DNA of 63,611 nucleotides, counting the filler, from Choristocarpus tenellus KU-1152 (lineage: Eukaryota; Protista; Phaeophyceae): NCBI GenBank assembly GCA_964200185.2. It is 12 parts of 12 records of this genome, joined end to end, with 100 filler letters (N's around TTAATTAATTAA, not from the genome) between each part and the next. Parts side by side here need not be neighbours in the genome. Positions count along the whole stretch, not along the records: positions 57,196 to 60,846 come from CAXNAD020018727.1; positions 60,947 to 63,611 come from CAXNAD020025828.1; 10 more parts are not named here. One strand, written 5' to 3'. Shown here piece by piece: positions 57,266 through 63,611 of the stretch (the stretch's first letter is position 1; each line of letters starts with the position of its first letter). The notes under the pieces were generated by a model. The model was not told the DNA's origin. It worked only from the letters and a program-made list of their open reading frames with translations, and did no database searches. Both the position numbers and the translations under genes were made by a program.

Positions 57266-59047
57266 ACTGGGCACCTCTAGTTTACTTTGATTCTGAGGCT
57301 GAAGTGTTTTCATGGTTTTGCTTGTTACATGATTCCTAATGTACAATCATGCTCAGTGACGCAACACAGTTCCCAGGGACGGTTATTCAGGGATTTTGTC
57401 AGATCTTGAGATTTTGTTGAGGTTACTCTAAACGGCTTCAATTTTGCTCCGCTTTTTTCCTGATAAAAATTGACCAGGGCTGTAGTGAACAAAGAGACGA
57501 GACAAGAGTGTTTTCATCTGACACACTATGGCGATCCCAGAATAGTAGAAAGCAAAGTAGTTGAAAGGTACACGGTGTGCAGTTAGTTACACGCACCCTA
57601 CTCACGGAAAAAAATGGAAGACAAGTTCTCCAATCTTTTGCTAAAAGCAAGCTTCTTACTTGATCCATTACTGTTTGGATGTGGCCAAATACATAAATCA
57701 ATGTCGGTATCGTATGTACCACAACTTTATGTTGATACCTGGAGTACACATAATACTTCAACTGGTTCCAGAAGTGTTGAGAGAGAGAGAGAAAGTTGAG
57801 TGCTGTCAAGAATATGCTTCTTATTCTTGTGTAAAAGAAAATTCTGTAATAAGAAATAGTAAGTATTGGTTGGTGAACTAGAACATGGAAGAGTTCAGGA
57901 ACAGGAGATTTTGTAGCAAGTAATCTGTGAACAAGTTATCCGTGAAGCAAGCAATATGTGATTAGTGAATAGTGAGCCAAAGAAAAGGATAGATTTGGTG
58001 GAAGAGAATCCCCCTCTTGGATTTGAAGGCCCATTCCTCCTTTCTTCTTCCTTACATCATGTACAACCTTTCCAACCCATGAAGGAATTAAACAAGTCCT
58101 TTATATACACAAGTCTTAGGAAGATCAGCTTCTTAACAGGTGCACAACCAATATCACTTGCTAACACTGAGAACGCCAGAAAAGGTCGTGTCTTAATGAG
58201 CTTTGGTTTTAGCGAGGTTTGGATGTGAGAAAGGACATAAAAGAAATCGGAAGGGCGATTGTGTTGTGTCTTATGTCTTTATTGGAATTGTTTGCTCTCA
58301 TTGGCATGGGAGCGAACCATCTATATTTTGCTTCACTTAACAATATTACACCTTACCTTTCCGATTTATGACATGTCCTTCTTCACGTACGTCCACAACT
58401 CACAAGTAACAAAACCCTTGTAAGGACACGACCCAACCAACGTACTATTTGACAACCCGCTCAAGAGCATTTGGGATACAACGCCACAGCAGCAACCTAG
58501 CCAGGTGTGTATGTAACACAATCCATTTTCTGTGCTTTGGTACTACTCTTCAACAATATAGTTCAATATACATGCATTGATTTGATGATAAATCGATCAT
58601 CCGTTGTCCCTATCAACACTGCTGGTGCTTACTTCAGCTGACTGCCACAAGCATGTATTGTGATAGTAATGCCCTGTTGTAGAGTAGGTACAAAGCAATA
58701 GCAGTAACAGTATCCCACAGTGTATTTAGGAACAATATCCCATACAGTATAATTATACTCAATAAAAATAGTACAATCGCTCCCATACCAAGAATCAATT
58801 CGATAAAATAAAAGAACTTTTCTTCAATGTCCATCAGGAGGCGACATAGATAGACTCAAACAATACACAAACAACTGCTTCCAGGGAGCTGTACATGTGG
58901 TCCAGGTATAAACATTACACACAAAATCACACCACCGAACACTCCCTCCCCTCCTCGTCCTTAGCTGGAGTGTCAAGTCTTACACTCTGACGTTCACATT
59001 ATTTCCTCTACGAAATTGTTTGTGTTCAAATAGTGCAAAAAAAAAAA

Positions 59048-60351
59048 TCATGTGGTTCCCCCTAGTATCTTTAGCAGGTTCTTGTTCACAACCCCGCCAA
59101 TAGAGTAGGCTGGGGCGATCCGAGCCACCCTTGCTGCAACTGTCCCCCAGTACTCTGCCCTTATGAATGAGGTGCGTTCAGCAACAGTTGCCCCTGATCT
59201 GTTGTAGAGATCAAGGCCAAGGAGATACAGTGGGGTAGACGCCAGCTGCATGAGAGGTGGGCAGCTCATCTGAGCGGCAACATCTGCTGTAGCAGGTGGC
59301 ATGTGTACTGCTGTCTGGAGGTGGCGTGATACAGGCCCTGGGAAGTTGAAACTACGATGGTAGTGAATAGAAGGTAGTGTGTCAGTTAAATCAGAAAGAT
59401 AGTTTGTGTGCTCAATAGAATCCAATGGTTACTGGGTGTAAGAAAGCAAGCAATGAAAGTGTGTAAAATATAGTCTTTGAGTGGTCCGAGAATGTGTTCT
59501 TGGAAAGACTTGCAGTTTGAAATTCTGCCTTTCGTTCCCAATGTTGCTCCAATGTGGCAACAAGCCTTCAAAAACTTGCCTTGCAGCAATGGTCATACTG
59601 TCTCGCATCCCCAGGAGCATGAGTGTGCTGATGGGCATTGCCCCAGATTGTATTATACCAAACATGCGCATGAAGGCCATGTCCTTTGTCACTGATGCAC
59701 CCACATTCACTAGTGAGGTGGACACGAATCTTGGCCACAAGGGGTTAACCTGGTTATGCTTACATGCTGCCATATGTTGAGATTGTGGTGAGAGGTTCCA
59801 TTCACAGACAGATGCAACTACAGAGCGCATATGTGGGGTATGTACATATGGACAAGATCACGTATGAACTGTTTTGACCTATAGTATGGGGGTGGCACCT
59901 CCCCAAGGTAGGTATTGGAAACCCCTGCAAGGCCACACAAGAGGCCTTGCCTGAGTGTGCTTGGAATCAGGACTCCCTGCACTCTCAACAATTGGCATAC
60001 ACGATCTCTAGATCATAGCAACTGGTGTAAGTGTATGTTGTATGTATTCACATTATTTCCGGGGCATTAATGCATTGTGAATATGGGGTATTTGTTTAGT
60101 TAAAACCTATCTTTGGTTGTACATCTGCTTGCTGCCTAGTTCTTCGACCACAGCTTACACCATGGTCAATCTAGCCAGCTGACTGCATCCATCGTACCTG
60201 TAGCCACCGTATTTGCTGTGGTGTACGTAGCAAAGTATACACCCAGTATAATGCGGAACTCAGGACGACCGACAAACTCATGTGGGCGCGTTAACAGTTC
60301 CCACAACCCTGCTTTCACCGAAGACCCAAGCTTCATGGCACCGCTTGCATT
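59048..60351 (-). CDS. Conserved uncharacterised multi-pass membrane protein of a protist/fungal family (carrier- or sideroflexin-like by inference), 5' partial. Exons 60351-60198, 59766-59580, 59351-59048
   Basis: Spliced translation NASG..LLTRPHEF..YFATYTTANTVATAC..KDMAFMRMFG..RDSMTIAASFNFP..STPLYLLGLDLYNR..ARVARIAPAYSIGGVVN matches recalled motifs of that family. Junctions are phase-consistent. Confidence 0.8.
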
Positions 60352-60821
60352 CTGTGATTGTCATAAAGGGAGAGGTTTGCAATAGACACAGAAAAGGTTT
60401 CAAGCACTGACACTCACTATTTCGGTGGGAAGTACTTACCAAGATTTGCATCTCGGTTTCTAGGCACTTTTTGGAACTTCAACTTTCCAAATTTTGTACA
60501 ATTTGCCAACTATAATTACAATTACCTACCACAGCTCTAACGACAATTTCCTTGTCCTATATGTGGCGCTTACTTCAGACTAGTCGGTGTAACACTTGAC
60601 ACCTATGCCTAAATATTCAACAGTTGGCATTTGCAAAAAAATTGGAAGGCCTGTTTTTTTTTAATGTCCTGGCAGTTCTCCAATTGGTGTGTTGGTTGCT
60701 CAAGGGAAGTGAGAAAGACCATTCTTGGTACTGAGAGAGAGATGGGACTAGACACAGAAACCCATTGAGATGGATCTTTGAGACTCAAAAACCGATCTTG
60801 AGATATCAATGCCCGAAGCAA

Positions 60822-60846
60822 GGGTCAAAGTATCTGGGGAGGGGGG
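60822..60846. mobile_element. MITE family B terminal fragment at contig end
   Basis: GGGTCAAAGTATCTGGGGAGGGGGG. Confidence 0.75.
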
Positions 60847-60995
60847 NNNNNNNNNNNNNNNNNNNNNNNNNNNNNNNNNNNNNNNNNNNNTTAATTAATT
60901 AANNNNNNNNNNNNNNNNNNNNNNNNNNNNNNNNNNNNNNNNNNNNCCCCCCGCGCGCGCGCACACACACACCCTGCCCACATCTTGAGCCTCAC

Positions 60996-62404
60996 CTTGG
61001 TGTCACAGTCATCTGTCCAGGTCATGGATATCGTTGTCGGAGTAGCGCTGACTGTGGCTGATGAAGTTACAACATTGCCCATCCAAATCTACTCTCCAGC
61101 AGCGTGCACATAGAGGATGGATGTAGATGCGTGCGGATGTGTACTTTTTGCGTAAGTAACATCAAAATCACGAGAGGCATCTGTCATATTTGTACATAAA
61201 GCAAGCCCTCCAAGTAAAAAGGCCATGGACAAAGACTCACACAGTGGGACACCCATATCATACCAGTGTTCAAACCCTGCTACCCTTCTCCATGACACCT
61301 AGGCGTCACAGGGGCACCTCACCTTTCGACTTTTGCCATCTGTGAATATAGTTCCATCCATGACCTTGTAGGATGCTTTTGAGGCAAGCACCGTCTGAGC
61401 GGAGAGTAGAAGGATAGGGTAGGGGGGGGAGTAAGGGAGCCCACATCAAAATAGAATAAGGGAGGTCATGAGATACTTGATGGTGTCAGGTGGGCACCCA
61501 GATCTCACCAAGGAGTCACAAATGGGACAGAGTTAAGAGGAGGTAAACCAGAACTAGGAAAAAGTATCACGATACAATCGGGCCTGTCACAATCACAACA
61601 TGCTTAGACCAAAAGGGCAGTAAGAAAAAGAGGCTTGTGGACAGATATTGACTATGTTTAGTATGTCCGATAGCAGGGAAAAGGGTGGAGAGGAAATCTA
61701 GCTCCAAGGAAGCTCGAGGAAGTAGGGGCAGGAATGTTAGTTTGTATTGGGGTCGATCAGGATATGTTTGCATGGAAGGAAATATCGTTTGAACCCTTGA
61801 ATGTTCAGGTTGGTTAATGTGTGTACTGCCTGTCACACATGATCTATTACATCTGCACCATATAAAAACATGTTAAGATTGTTATTTAGAGACTAAAAAA
61901 CTTAAGGTGACGGGTCTCAGAATCCACTAGGCTGTCGAGGGAAGACCTATTGAACCCATTAATTCACCTGGTTGGACTTGATGCGGAACTGCAGTTGTGG
62001 GGCACCTTCTGCCGAAGACAGGGAAGCACAGTCCAGTACGCCCGTTTCGACCTGTAAAACTGCCCGGTGTTGAGAAACAGTAAAAAAAGATGGAAAATAT
62101 GGTATGGACTGAAAATGTACTTTTTGCAGCTGACCCTTGGAAGACTTGAACGACAAGTTACTATTTTCCCTTGTTACTTCGAAGTAGGTGTTATCAGTGG
62201 AAACACTCCATCAACCTCCACTTTCCGCAATGCACGCTAACCTGTAACGTACGGGTCCGCCTCAAGCGTGCGTACAAGATCCTGGACAAGAGATTGGTCT
62301 GAGACCGGTTCCACAGTTGCAAAACCCACGGTCGGAGTGCTCTGCACTTCACCTCTGAAACTAGAAACGAGCGCCATCAGGAAAAATGCTATGCGGCCAT
62401 GCAT
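60996..62404 (-). CDS. Putative secreted protein, 5' part. Exons 62404-62242, 62059-61968, 61394-61323, 61088-60996
   Basis: Signal-peptide-like MHGRIAFFLMALVSSFRGEVQS. Three phase-consistent GT-AG introns and a final donor AAG|GTGAGG before the contig edge. Family not recognised. Confidence 0.6.
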
Positions 62405-63611
62405 GAGTACAAAGATCAACTCACAGGCACCTATCATTGTTGGGGGATCAGGTAGTGTATTTCAGAGCGTTACTGCAAGCATGGACAACCATGATGACCA
62501 CACTTTCTTACACATGCCAACATCAGTTCTATGTGGATTCCAGCGCGCTAAAAAAGAAATGAAGTACGGCGCCTTGTTGTGCCACGGTAAGATATAAAAG
62601 TACATGGCAGTTCTTGTCGTTAAAAAATTCCAGAGTGGCGACATGGTCGTAGTGCGTGGAGGTGTAATACATACAATATTATGCCCATAGACATTTTTGC
62701 GACGAGCCCAGGGAAGAGATAAAAGAAAACACAAAACTACAACTCCTACCACTGGTCTCCAACATCCTTAAAAACCTGCACAAACTGTACAATACTGTCC
62801 CCTGTGTGATATTCCCTACCAACAGGTGCTGACACTGCTACGCTCCTAGCCTAGTCTAACTAAGGTGGTCAGGGATCTCAGAAAAAATATGAAGAATCTG
62901 TGATGCTCCTTCTTGCCCACCTTCCCAGTGCCTTCAGGTTGAAAAGTACGACACGCCTCTAGAAAGCTACCAGGGGGAATATATTATGACCATTGGTGGT
63001 TCCATACCTTCGCCACTCACTTTCGTCTCTTTACCTGAGGTACGTTCGTCGAGAAAGAGCAGAACAGGCAGAGTTGAGTCGGGCAGTCTCTCGTTTGATC
63101 TTCTGTCGGATGTAAGAGGATGGAGATGAAGTTACTGAGAGCACAAGGATTTACTGGTCCACAACGAACGGATAACAGAAAGGTGTTAGATGTTGGTCGT
63201 TGCCCACCAACTCTATGCCATATATATAGAGTAGTTTGAAGTATGAAACCTCATAGAATGGGTATCACCGAAGGAGGTCTTCATGATAGGTTTTTCTACA
63301 TACAGTACCTACACCGATTTTATACCAATTATTGTACCGGTTTTTTCGACATAGTAAAAAAAAAAGGCTTTTGTACCGGAATTCTTGTATTCGGGCGACT
63401 TGGTACAAAACCGGGGAGATATTCACGCGAGTTTGGCGCGCGCGTAAAATTTCTCGCGAAAAGTGCCTTTCTTCCTGAGTCACGACCACACAGCAGTACA
63501 GTACGTTGCTGATAGGGGAATAAAGTGGAAGCCGTGCCTTGTGCCGCGGGAAACCTCTGCAAGATGTCTTCAAATACACTGAGTCTACCTTTCTACACAA
63601 TCCACAAGTGC

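Overview
Eukaryotic, intron-rich nuclear DNA, most consistent with a stramenopile alga (brown alga or a relative; this is an inference from gene structure, TTAGGG-type repeats and the retroelement relics). The window is not one locus. It is 12 contigs joined by 11 artificial 100-nt spacers (44 N + TTAATTAATTAA + 44 N), so adjacency across spacers means nothing. Exons assembled by hand give: a complete 7-exon SNF1/AMPK-like kinase (about 1099 aa), the 3' half of a P4-ATPase lipid flippase (10 exons), three exons of ATG4 (mostly absent from the ORF track), a zinc-free MDR quinone oxidoreductase, an intronless GNAT closely resembling Bacillus YqjY, a type II membrane sulfotransferase-like protein head-to-head with the kinase, a conserved uncharacterised membrane protein, a secreted protein and a coiled-coil protein. 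Two related MITE families share a terminal core (A about 257 bp, B about 177 bp, 3-bp target-site duplications). B nests inside A twice and sits at many contig breaks. The most notable observations are 3 GC-AG introns among about 25 reconstructed introns, the candidate bacterial-derived GNAT with a presequence-like N-extension, the nested MITE pair, a TSD-flanked Penelope-like relic and a long inverted repeat at a contig end. No rRNA, tRNA or CRISPR array was seen. All family assignments rest on recalled motifs, not database searches.
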